The position numbers and the translations under genes are program-made. The notes below the pieces were generated by a model, which saw only the letters and a program-made list of their open reading frames with translations, was not told the DNA's origin and searched no databases. A DNA stretch of 29,807 nt, taken from Candidatus Eiseniibacteriota bacterium (GTDB lineage: Bacteria; Eisenbacteria; RBG-16-71-46; JABDJR01; JAWXBZ01). Shown here in pieces: positions 7,797-16,413 of the stretch. Numbering within the stretch: position 1 is the stretch's first letter; each line of letters opens with the position of its first letter. The stretch is from the NCBI GenBank assembly GCA_034440375.1, contig JAWXBZ010000064.1:1-29807 (forward strand). The letters are read 5' to 3'.

Positions 7797-8614
7797 CGAG
7801 TCCGTCGCCTGGCCCCTCGCCGTTCCGGGTCGACGCCAAACAAACCAGCTCACCCGCGAGTGACGGCAGCCGAACCAGCCTGACCGCGACCGTGGCCGGA
7901 CAAACGAGATCTCCGGCCGCCGGCGCCGATCGACTGACACAGCTTACCGACTGGCTTTATCGGCATCGGGGCGAGACGGCCGTTCCTTTTGCCATTGTGC
8001 TGCTCGTGGCGGCGCGGCCGACGGTGGGGCGACTACTTCTTGGCCTTCCCCTCATCATACTTGGTGAGACGCTTTGACTTTGGGCGGCCAGCCACATTGG
8101 GAGTCATGCCAGGGGTCGAACTGTCCGGGCAGCGCGACGGGTCATCAGTGGGCCGTATGCGCTCATTCCACACCCGCTCTACGCTGGCAACGCACTTGTC
8201 TGCGTCGGACTGCTGATCCTGGCCAGGGCCGCCGAACCATGGTTCACGGTGCTGGTGAGCAGCGCCTTCTCCATACAGTACGGGCTGTTCATCCGACAGG
8301 AAGAGGCTGTCCTCCGACGACAGGACGAGGCTGTCCTCCAAAATGTCGCCACATCCGGATTGAGCGCCACCCACCACGAACCTGGAATCACTACCCCCGG
8401 ACCGACCGCCCCCCGCCGCGCATGGCCCACCGTCACGAATCAGCCCGGTCACACACAATTCCCAATCGCCGACCGGCGGCCGGATTCATCCGTTACGTTG
8501 TATCAACCCTGGTTGAGCCAGGCCGGTTTTGAATTGGAATGGCCAACCATGCGTACCATTCTGGCACTGCTGCTGGCCATACTTGGGTTGGCCTTGGCCC
8601 GCAGTTATCAATAA
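7793..8614 (+). pseudogene. ICMT/PEMT-family membrane methyltransferase interrupted by an in-frame TGA at 8075-8077
   Basis: ATGA overlap with the hemW stop. Reads YRHRG..PFAIVLLVAARPT..GLPLIILGETL*LWAASHIG..SGPYALIPHPLYAGN..QYGLFIRQEEAVL in one frame to TAA 8614. Confidence 0.8.
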
Positions 8615-8701
8615 TCGAACCCATCACGGTTCAGAATGGGCCGGGCGGCGCCAAGCGCCGCAATCTCAAATCATTACAGGCTCCGGGCCCGCCAGGTCCG
8701 C

Positions 8702-8730
8702 TTGTTCCATTGGTCACTAATCAATATAAT
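8702..8730 (+). promoter_or_regulatory. sigma70-type promoter of the nuoBDGI cluster
   Basis: TTGTTC (8702-8707), 17 nt, TATAAT (8725-8730), in an AT-rich patch. Confidence 0.7.
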
Positions 8731-8895
8731 CGTGCGCGATCACTTCTGTGACGATACGGTTGTGCTTGTCGGGTAGGGCCGTGCCTGTTGGGTGTGGTCG
8801 TTCACCAGCCCACCGTGCATGTCCTGATCCCGCCGCAACTGTTGCGGGCTGTGTCAACTGCAGTAAGTGCTGTCGACAGACAAGGAAACAAGCTA

Positions 8896-9669
8896 ATGGC
8901 GAATTACAGGCTTGACGAGACGCCGGCGACGGACGAGGAGAAGCTCGAAACGGAAGTCGGCTCGCGCCTGCTCGTTACCAAACTGGATTTCGCGCTGAAC
9001 TGGGCCCGCCGGAACAGTCTGTGGCCGATGCCAATGGGCATCTCCTGTTGCGCCATCGAGATGATGGCCACGGCGGCGGCACGTTATGACATCGCCCGCT
9101 TCGGGTCGGAGGTGCTTCGCTTCTCGCCGCGACAGGCTGACCTCATGATCACGGCCGGCACGCTCACCAAGAAGATGGCGCCGGTGGTCCGGCGCATTTA
9201 TGACCAGATGCCGGAGCCCAAGTGGGTGATCGCGATGGGGACATGCCTCTGCACCGGTGGCATGTACCACACCTACGCCGTCGTTCAGGGCCTTCAGGAA
9301 ATCGTCCCCGTCGATTGCTACATCCCGGGCTGTCCTCCTCGACCGGAAAATCTGCTGTCGGCACTGCAGCACATTCAGAAGCTGATCACCGGGGGAAACA
9401 AGCATCACGACCGCCGCGTCGAGACGCAGGCCGAATGGAGCCTGGACCAACTTTTCTACGACAAGCTGGCGCGACTTCACGCCGATCAGCCCGGCGTGTC
9501 CAATATCCACGAGCGCCCAACCCTGACCGGGCCCCGTTCGGCTTCGCAGTCGGAGATCGTGGGACCACCGGCCATGGCGCCATCGGCCACGGCGCCATCA
9601 GCCATGCCACCATCGGCCACGGCGCACTCAGCCATGCCGCCACCGGCCGTCGTGAAACCCGGAGCCTGA
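8896..9669 (+). CDS. nuoB: NADH-quinone oxidoreductase subunit B with C-terminal extension
   Basis: [58 protein letters not shown] precedes ATG 8896. Confidence 0.97.
   Translation: MANYRLDETPATDEEKLETEVGSRLLVTKLDFALNWARRNSLWPMPMGISCCAIEMMATAAARYDIARFGSEVLRFSPRQADLMITAGTLTKKMAPVVRRIYDQMPEPKWVIAMGTCLCTGGMYHTYAVVQGLQEIVPVDCYIPGCPPRPENLLSALQHIQKLITGGNKHHDRRVETQAEWSLDQLFYDKLARLHADQPGVSNIHERPTLTGPRSASQSEIVGPPAMAPSATAPSAMPPSATAHSAMPPPAVVKPGA
9565..9654 (+). repeat. 15-bp tandem repeat, six copies, in the nuoB tail
   Basis: CCATCGGCCACGGCG variants encoding [30 protein letters not shown]. Confidence 0.9.
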
Positions 9670-9673
9670 TCCC

Positions 9674-10972
9674 GTGACCGTGACGGAGAAAGACCTGCCG
9701 ACCAGCGGCCGGACGGACGGTGGCGGGTCGGCACTCCCGTCGGCTGATGCCGTCCGAACGGGCCTGACGGCGACGGCACCCATTCATGCCGCGATGCCCG
9801 GCTCTCGTCATCAGACCATGACGGTCAACATGGGGCCGCAGCACCCGTCGACGCACGGCGTGCTTCGGATAAATCTGGAATTGGACGGCGAGATTGTCGT
9901 TCGTGCCGTGCCGGTCTGCGGCTACCTGCATCGCGGGTACGAAAAAATCGCCGAGTCGAAGACGTTTCACCAGTACATTCCGTACACTGACCGGCTCGAC
10001 TACCTGGCGCCCCTCTCGAACAACGTGGCCTACATCCTCGCGGTCGAAAAACTGCTCGGTATCGAGGCGCCGGTCCGTGCACAGTGGATTCGCGTGATGG
10101 TCTGCGAGCTGGCCCGCATCTCGGCCCATCTCCTCGGTGTCGGCACCTGGGCGCTCGACCTCGGCGCGCAGTCGATGTTCTTCTACACGTTCCGCGAGCG
10201 CGAGGCGATCTACAACCTGTACGAGAAGCTGACCGGGGCGCGGATGACCACGTCATTCACACGCATCGGCGGCATCATGGCCGATCTACCGGACGGCTTT
10301 CTCGATGACATGGCCGGCTTCATCAAGCAGATGAAGAAAAAAATCGACGACTACGAGCGGCTTCTCACCAAGAACCGCATTTGGATCCGCCGCACCCGGG
10401 ACATCGGCATCATCGGTCCGGCCGAGGCGATCAACATCGGCCTGACCGGCCCGGCGCTCCGCGGTTCGGGCGTCGACTGGGATCTTCGCCGTGACCGGCC
10501 ATATCTCGTCTATCCCGAGATCGAATTCGATGTTGTCGTCGGCCGGGCGGGCGATGTCTACGACCGATATCTCATGCGCATCGGCGAAATGCGGCAGAGC
10601 CTGCGAATTCTGGAGCAGGTGGCCCGAATGATTCCGGACGGGCCGGTCAACATTGCCGACCCGCGCATCTCGTACCCGCCAAAGGATCGCGTTTACTCCT
10701 CGATGGAGGAGCTGATCTACCACTTCAAGATTGCCGCCGAGGGGATCCGCGCGCCGGCGGGCGAGGTGTATCACGCCATCGAGAATCCGAAGGGTGAACT
10801 CGGCTTCTTCATCAAGGGAGACGGCACGAATCACCCGTACCGGCTCCAGATCCGTTCGCCATCGTTCCTGAATCTTCAATCGCTGCCGCGCCTGTGCGAA
10901 GGGCACCAGATCGCCGACGTCATCGCGATCATCGGCAGCCTCGACATCGTGCTCGGTGAGATCGATCGCTGA
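9674..10972 (+). CDS. nuoD: NADH-quinone oxidoreductase subunit D
   Basis: NMGPQHPSTHGVLR, GYLHRGYEK, TDRLDY, ENPKGELG, C-terminal SLDIVLGEIDR. No NiFe CxxC motifs and no fused NuoC domain. Confidence 0.97.
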   Translation: MTVTEKDLPTSGRTDGGGSALPSADAVRTGLTATAPIHAAMPGSRHQTMTVNMGPQHPSTHGVLRINLELDGEIVVRAVPVCGYLHRGYEKIAESKTFHQYIPYTDRLDYLAPLSNNVAYILAVEKLLGIEAPVRAQWIRVMVCELARISAHLLGVGTWALDLGAQSMFFYTFREREAIYNLYEKLTGARMTTSFTRIGGIMADLPDGFLDDMAGFIKQMKKKIDDYERLLTKNRIWIRRTRDIGIIGPAEAINIGLTGPALRGSGVDWDLRRDRPYLVYPEIEFDVVVGRAGDVYDRYLMRIGEMRQSLRILEQVARMIPDGPVNIADPRISYPPKDRVYSSMEELIYHFKIAAEGIRAPAGEVYHAIENPKGELGFFIKGDGTNHPYRLQIRSPSFLNLQSLPRLCEGHQIADVIAIIGSLDIVLGEIDR

Positions 10973-11070
10973 ATCGGCGCGAGCAGCGCCATGATCATCC
11001 GGCTGCTCCATCGCGCCGGATTTCAAGTAACGAAGCCGATGGCAGGATATCGGAGTCATAACGGGGCCCC

Positions 11071-13212
11071 ATGCCAAAAATAAGAATCAACGACACCGAA
11101 TACGAAGCGAAGGACGGCGCCACGATCCTCGACGTGGCCCGGGCCAACGGAATCGACATTCCCTACATGTGCTATCACCCGGGCATGGATATCGTCGCGG
11201 TCTGCCGCGTCTGCCAGGTTGAAGTCAAAGGGATGCCCAAGCTCCAGACTGCCTGCTCGCTGCCGATTCGGGACGGCATGGAAGTCTTTACCGAAAGCGA
11301 ACAGGCTCGGAAGGCCCGCGCCGGCACGGTCGAATTCTGGCTGGTCAACCACCCGCTCGACTGCCCGATCTGCGACAAGGGGGGCGAGTGCCCGCTGCAG
11401 GATGTCACCTACAACATCCGCGGTGGCGGCAGCCGCCTGCGCGATCCAAAAGTCAATCGGCCAAAGCGGAAGATCCTCGGCGAGCACATCGTGTTCGATG
11501 TCGAACGCTGCATCATCTGCTGGCGCTGCACCCGCTTCACGCAGGACATTTCCGGCTCCGAGCAGCTCATGTTGACGAACCGCGGTGTGAAGACCGAGAT
11601 TGACACGCCGCCGGGCGTCACACTCACTGATCCGTTCAGCGGCAACCTGGCCGACGTCTGCCCGGTTGGCGCCCTCACCACGCGCGAATTTCGATTCAAG
11701 AGCCGCCCGTGGGAAATGACGCCGGTTGAATCGACCTGCACGGCCTGCAGCGTCGGCTGCAGCACGACGGTCTGGAGCAAGCGCGGCGTCATCCAGCGAT
11801 TGACCGCCCGCGAAAATCTGGAGGTCAACGACTACTGGCTCTGCGATCGGGGCCGATTCGACACAACTTTCGTCAACGCGTCGGGCCGGCTGGTGCGACC
11901 GACCGGCCCCGTTTCCACGGCCGCGGACAAATCCTATTCATGGGAAGAGGCGGCGCTGGTGCTTGCCGGCATGGCCATGGGTCGTGATGGGGCGAACCGG
12001 GTGGCCTCCTGGGCCGTCGTCGCGGCGCCGCATGCCACTAACGAGGAATACTTCGCGCTGCAGCGCTTTGCCCGCGGTGTCTTGAACACAGAGGACCTGG
12101 TCCTTGACACCGGGGTCCAGGGCCCGGAGCTCACGCCGTCGCGAGCGGAGTTCCTGTCGGGAAACCATCGGCTTGACGCGGTTCGCGATCTTGATACGGC
12201 AGACGTCATCGTGCAGGTCGGCCAGAATCTCGAAGCCAGCCACCCGGTGTACTCACTCCGGATTCGCAAGGCCGTGCGCGGCAAGGGGGCGAAGCTCTAT
12301 GTCGGCTCCACCGCGCCGGGCGGCCTCGACCGCGAGGCCTCGCTCCGCGTTGGATTGAACGAGGGAGACGAAGCGGCATTTCTCCAGGGCATTCACGCAG
12401 GCACGGGTGAGGATTCTTTCCTTCGGCTCAAGGATGCCCTGACCAGCGCGGCACGGGGCGTCATCATCCTCAATGCCGGGCCGAGAAACGAGGCGCTCCT
12501 GGCCGTGGCGCTCGTGCTCACGAAACTGAATCCGTCGGGGCTCAAGTTGTTTGTACTCGACGACGGTTCAAATATCAGCGGCGCATGGGATATGGGCTTT
12601 GCGGCCGGGTACGGCCCTGGCCGGGTGGCGGGCTTGGCCGGCGTGGCTGGCTCAACCGCCGTGGCTGGCTCAACCGGCGTGGCCGCCACACAGGGCCTTT
12701 CCGACACAACCGTCGCACCGCCCCGGGGACGAGCCGCCGTCCTCGCGGCCGTCACCGGTGGCCAGATCGAAGGGCTGCTGCTTTATAACTCCGGGCGTCC
12801 CTGGGCCTTTAGCCCGGATGTGCTCGAGGCGGCGCGGGCCGCCAGGAGGCTCGTGCTGTTCGATATCGCCGACGGCAGCCTGGTGGAAAAGGCGCAACTG
12901 GTCCTGCCGACGCCGACCTTTGCCGAAACCGACGGAACGTTGACATCGCCGGATGGTCGCGTGCAGTTGATCCGCCGCGCAGTGCCCGGGCCCGAGCGGC
13001 TCTGGCATCCCGGGGTGTTCCTGGCCCGGGCCGAGCGGTTGGCCGGTGGTGCCACGCGAGCCGGGCAGCCGATTGACATCTTCCGTGACATCAGCCGCGA
13101 AGTGGCCGGCTACGCACAGCTCAACTTCGGACTGCTCCGCGCGAGCGGACTCCCGACCCGGAAGGACATGGGACGGGCGCCCGCCACGGTCGGCGGCGGT
13201 TCACCCGAATGA
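11071..13212 (+). CDS. nuoG: NADH-quinone oxidoreductase subunit G
   Basis: CYHP..CRVC..C (N1b), HPLDCPICDKGGEC (N5), CIICWRC..CPVGAL (N4), CTACSVGC..CDRGRF (N7), followed by a molybdopterin-oxidoreductase-like C-terminal domain. Confidence 0.93.
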   Translation: MPKIRINDTEYEAKDGATILDVARANGIDIPYMCYHPGMDIVAVCRVCQVEVKGMPKLQTACSLPIRDGMEVFTESEQARKARAGTVEFWLVNHPLDCPICDKGGECPLQDVTYNIRGGGSRLRDPKVNRPKRKILGEHIVFDVERCIICWRCTRFTQDISGSEQLMLTNRGVKTEIDTPPGVTLTDPFSGNLADVCPVGALTTREFRFKSRPWEMTPVESTCTACSVGCSTTVWSKRGVIQRLTARENLEVNDYWLCDRGRFDTTFVNASGRLVRPTGPVSTAADKSYSWEEAALVLAGMAMGRDGANRVASWAVVAAPHATNEEYFALQRFARGVLNTEDLVLDTGVQGPELTPSRAEFLSGNHRLDAVRDLDTADVIVQVGQNLEASHPVYSLRIRKAVRGKGAKLYVGSTAPGGLDREASLRVGLNEGDEAAFLQGIHAGTGEDSFLRLKDALTSAARGVIILNAGPRNEALLAVALVLTKLNPSGLKLFVLDDGSNISGAWDMGFAAGYGPGRVAGLAGVAGSTAVAGSTGVAATQGLSDTTVAPPRGRAAVLAAVTGGQIEGLLLYNSGRPWAFSPDVLEAARAARRLVLFDIADGSLVEKAQLVLPTPTFAETDGTLTSPDGRVQLIRRAVPGPERLWHPGVFLARAERLAGGATRAGQPIDIFRDISREVAGYAQLNFGLLRASGLPTRKDMGRAPATVGGGSPE

Positions 13213-13225
13213 GGATCGGTACACC

Positions 13226-13690
13226 ATGGTCATGAATGACGACACGCATCGGTCAAAGGATCCCGGCGGCCGATTCATCCTGCCGGAAATCATCAAGGGA
13301 TATTCGACGACACTTCGCGAGTTTTTTACCAAGCCCTCGACCATGAAGTACCCTGAGGAAAAGTGGTCGATGCCGCCGCGCTTCCGCGGCTACCCCAAGC
13401 TCGTGGCCAATCCCGATGGTACGGAGCGTTGCGTGGCCTGCGGGCTCTGCGCGGCGGTCTGTCCGCCGCTGGCGATCCAGCTGGAGGCCGACGAAACCGA
13501 TCAGGTCAAGGAGCGGTTTCCGATCCGCTTCGCCATCCACATGGGGCGCTGCATCAACTGTGGCTTCTGTGAGGAAGCCTGCCCGGTGGATGCCATCAGG
13601 ATGTCGGCCAAGTACGAGCTGAACACGCCGGAAGTCGACTCCCTGATCTACTCCAAGGAGATCCTCCTCAAGGACTACAGTACCCTGTGA
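13226..13690 (+). CDS. nuoI: NADH-quinone oxidoreductase subunit I
   Basis: YPEEK..PRFRG, CVACGLCAAVCP and CINCGFCEEACP (two 4Fe-4S motifs), LIYSKE. Confidence 0.96.
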   Translation: MVMNDDTHRSKDPGGRFILPEIIKGYSTTLREFFTKPSTMKYPEEKWSMPPRFRGYPKLVANPDGTERCVACGLCAAVCPPLAIQLEADETDQVKERFPIRFAIHMGRCINCGFCEEACPVDAIRMSAKYELNTPEVDSLIYSKEILLKDYSTL

Positions 13691-14637
13691 GCGACGGCGC
13701 GGCCGTCGATCGGACCGGCCGCCGTCGAGCCGAGATTATCCTGCTGGGCGTCGTCGCCGCCTGGGGACTCACGTTTCCGGCCATCAAGGCGGCGCTGGTC
13801 GACGTGACGCCGGGACTCTTCATGGCACTCCGCTTCGGCCTTGTGCTGATCGGCCTTGTCGCCATCGGCCGGGGCCGGTTCTCCCGGAATCTGGGGCGGT
13901 CCTGGCGCGACGGCCTGCTGCTCGGCCTCCTGCTCTGGGCCTCGTATCTCTTCCAGGCCGTTGGCCTCGCCCATACCACGGCAACCCGCAGCGCTTTCAT
14001 CACCGGTCTCTCCGTCGTGATCGTGCCGCTGGTTTACATTCCGCTGCGTCGTCGCCTGCCGGGTTGGAAGGTCCTGGTCGGAATTCTGCTGTCGGTGGTC
14101 GGGCTCTTCCTGATGACCCGCCCCGACGTCGGCCGCCTGAACCTCGGCGACTGGCTCACGTTCGGCACGGCCGTCAGCTACGCCCTGTACATCGTCTTCA
14201 TGGAGTTGCGCTCGCGCGAGGATCGACTGGACGCCTTGATTGGCTGGCAGGCGCTGGTAATGGCCGTCGCGTCGATCCTGACCGTGCCGCTGCTTTCGGG
14301 GTTGATGAGGCCGGGTGGGGGGCTGGCGGGCAATGGCTCCATGACGGCCGTCGCCGCGACGGCCGCCCGCACCTCTTTGCCGGATGCCGCCACATTGGCC
14401 AGCCCGAATCTGGTGATCGGCCTGCTGGTCACCGTCCCCGTGGCCATCTTCAGCATCATGGCGATCACCCGCTACCAGCGTCGTACGACGGCCGTGCGTG
14501 CCGGCGTTCTCTACAGCGCGGAGCCGCTCTTCGCGGCCCTCTTCGCGGCTCTGTGGCTGGGCGAGCGCCTCGATGCGACCGGCGCCCTTGGCGCGGGATT
14601 GATCCTGGCCGGGATCCTGGCCACCGTTTCCGACTAG
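13687..14637 (+). CDS. DMT/EamA family transporter
   Basis: WGLTFPAIK, LRF, FQAVGL..TTATRSAFITGLSVVIVPL, YSAEPLFAALFA..GERL; multiple TM helices; GTGA overlap with nuoI. Confidence 0.93.
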   Translation: MSDGAAVDRTGRRRAEIILLGVVAAWGLTFPAIKAALVDVTPGLFMALRFGLVLIGLVAIGRGRFSRNLGRSWRDGLLLGLLLWASYLFQAVGLAHTTATRSAFITGLSVVIVPLVYIPLRRRLPGWKVLVGILLSVVGLFLMTRPDVGRLNLGDWLTFGTAVSYALYIVFMELRSREDRLDALIGWQALVMAVASILTVPLLSGLMRPGGGLAGNGSMTAVAATAARTSLPDAATLASPNLVIGLLVTVPVAIFSIMAITRYQRRTTAVRAGVLYSAEPLFAALFAALWLGERLDATGALGAGLILAGILATVSD

Positions 14638-14647
14638 GCCCGGAAGT

Positions 14648-15658
14648 TCAGCGGGAGGACCACGAAAGTCCGAGCGTCCACTCCGAATCGACGCCCAGCT
14701 GGGTGCCGTTCAGATCCTGATACACGGGCGCCAGGTACGAGGCCTCGACGGCGATATCGGCGCCGTTGATCCGGCCCGCCACCCGCGGACCAACCATCAA
14801 CCGACGGCCGCCGCTGTTGGGCCTCTCGATGTCCAGAAATTCATCCCGCTCCGCCGATCGCCAGCGCGCGTCGAGTCCAAGCGAAAGTGCGTCCGTGGCC
14901 GCCAGCCAGCCGGCCAGGGTGACATCGAATTCGGAGCCGAATCGATAGCCGGTGTCGTTCGCCTGCGTGAATCGATAAAGGGTGGTGCCGACGAGGCCAA
15001 CGCGCGTCCAGCTGCGGCGCGCCGCCAGAACGAACAGGGGATCGGTAGACCCGGTGCCGGACTGCAATTCCGGCGGCAGCGCCCGCTCATCATCCGTCCG
15101 GTCGGTCGGGCCGGTGGCCCACTTGATACCGCCACCCAGATCGATGGCCCATGGGCGAGGCGTCGCCGACCGCGGCGCAATTTCCACGAGGAGCGTGGTG
15201 GTCAGGTCCCCTGGGGCTCTGTTCTCGAGGTCGAGCGTGGGGGAATTCGGCACGCCGGGGGCGAGGACCACCTCTCGTCGCCGGAATTCCCACGGAAGCT
15301 CGACGGCGAGTCGCGCGCGCGAGGGGAGTCCCACCTCCAGCTGCGCCACCAGCCGCGCGTACCGTGCCTGACGGTCGGTCAGCGGCTGCACCTCGTCGCT
15401 CCCTCGCAACGCCGAATTCAGGTCGAATTGATCCCAGGCTAATCCCACCCGAAACTGACCCGGCAGCAGGCCACCGGCACGCAGCCCCGAGAGTGGCCCG
15501 GTGCCCGGAGTGCAGCAGCCCTGTGCCAGCGCCTCATTCCTCGGAACTGCGACGAGCAGAAGGATGGCGACGGTCCGGAGGAAGTGTCCGACGACGACAG
15601 GGGTGGCACGGAGGCACACGCCGGGGCCGCCTGCGTGCGCGGCCCGGCCCCGCATCAT
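14648..15658 (-). CDS. Probable outer-membrane beta-barrel channel (MetA-pathway/'transporter'-like) with N-terminal GCC motif
   Basis: ATG 15658 overlaps the upstream stop (ATGA). Hydrophobic signal ends ..EALA|QGCC; GDL, IKWATG, LQSGTGSTD, GYRFG, PVYQDLNGTQL; aromatic-ended last strand WTLGLSW. Confidence 0.7.
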   Translation of the reverse strand: MMRGRAAHAGGPGVCLRATPVVVGHFLRTVAILLLVAVPRNEALAQGCCTPGTGPLSGLRAGGLLPGQFRVGLAWDQFDLNSALRGSDEVQPLTDRQARYARLVAQLEVGLPSRARLAVELPWEFRRREVVLAPGVPNSPTLDLENRAPGDLTTTLLVEIAPRSATPRPWAIDLGGGIKWATGPTDRTDDERALPPELQSGTGSTDPLFVLAARRSWTRVGLVGTTLYRFTQANDTGYRFGSEFDVTLAGWLAATDALSLGLDARWRSAERDEFLDIERPNSGGRRLMVGPRVAGRINGADIAVEASYLAPVYQDLNGTQLGVDSEWTLGLSWSSR

Positions 15659-16311
15659 TCGGCGAGGAGCGACTTGATCCGCGACCAGGTCCTGGAAACG
15701 ACCGGCACGAACTGGGTGGGAACGATCACATATTCCCGCACGCCAAGAATTTCGCCTGACCATTGGACGATGAAGGCGTTCTCGTCGAGGTTCGGGATGG
15801 CTCCCTCGACCGGCCGCCAGCTCCGCGTCGAAGGATCGTTATAGGCCAGCCGCAGATCGGATTCGTTGAGATCCCGGGCGGCAAGGACGGCCGGGTCGTA
15901 GCTCAACCGGAGCGTGGATGGAATGGCCACGAAACCACCGCAACCACAACCGCCATCGTTGAATTCGACGCGGAACGCGCGGACCGGCAACTGGGTCCAG
16001 CAGACCTGTTCGGGCCAGCGGATCTGATTGCATTGAACCTCGGCAATGTCCTCCCAGACCCAGCTCCCGGTCGGAAATATGCCGAACGCATCGGGCGGAA
16101 AGGCTTCGAAGGCCGTGGAATCGGAGGCGCAGTGGATCTGATCGACCTGCCGCTTGCCAAGGTCGAACCATTCGCCGGCCCCGGCCCGGGCAGAAGAAAC
16201 CGGCATCAGAAGGCCGAGGGCCAGGAGGGCGAGAATCGGGGCGGCGAGCGCCGGGGAGGTGACCATCCGGGTTGCCGGCGCCGACACCCGGCGTAGGTGA
16301 TGAATCGTCAT
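15655..16311 (-). CDS. Secreted hypothetical protein with C-terminal VPV..TWSRIKSLL motif
   Basis: Signal peptide ILALLALGLLMPVSSARA; DGGCGCGG; LSYD..L..LNESDLRLAYND...W module. Start at 16311 or 16266. Confidence 0.75.
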   Translation of the reverse strand: MTIHHLRRVSAPATRMVTSPALAAPILALLALGLLMPVSSARAGAGEWFDLGKRQVDQIHCASDSTAFEAFPPDAFGIFPTGSWVWEDIAEVQCNQIRWPEQVCWTQLPVRAFRVEFNDGGCGCGGFVAIPSTLRLSYDPAVLAARDLNESDLRLAYNDPSTRSWRPVEGAIPNLDENAFIVQWSGEILGVREYVIVPTQFVPVVSRTWSRIKSLLAE

Positions 16312-16413
16312 CCATTGAGTATGCACGCCCACTGTGTCCGATTCCACCCGTTTCGGGGTAATTCCGGAGGTCCACCGGGGTGTGGTAGCCTCCGCCCCCC
16401 TTAAGGAGCCATA

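Noticed and set aside
8075-8077. Genome-wide TGA reassignment
   Set aside because: Many conserved genes (hemW, nuoD, hrcA, grpE, dnaJ, mutS2, dnaG) end at TGA at their expected C-termini, often with ATGA overlaps.
8702-8719. Rex operator upstream of nuoB
   Set aside because: TTGTTCCATTGGTCACTA matches TTGTGAA-N4-TTCACAA at only about 9 of 14 positions and is better explained as a -35 box.
8825-8850. Cobalamin riboswitch suggested by CCGCAACTGT
   Set aside because: No upstream GGGAA/GGTG-AA-TCC elements and no downstream B12 box (AGYCAG..ACCTGCC).
9674-10972. Group 4 NiFe-hydrogenase large subunit
   Set aside because: It lacks both CxxC Ni-binding motifs. NuoB has the adjacent CC typical of complex I.
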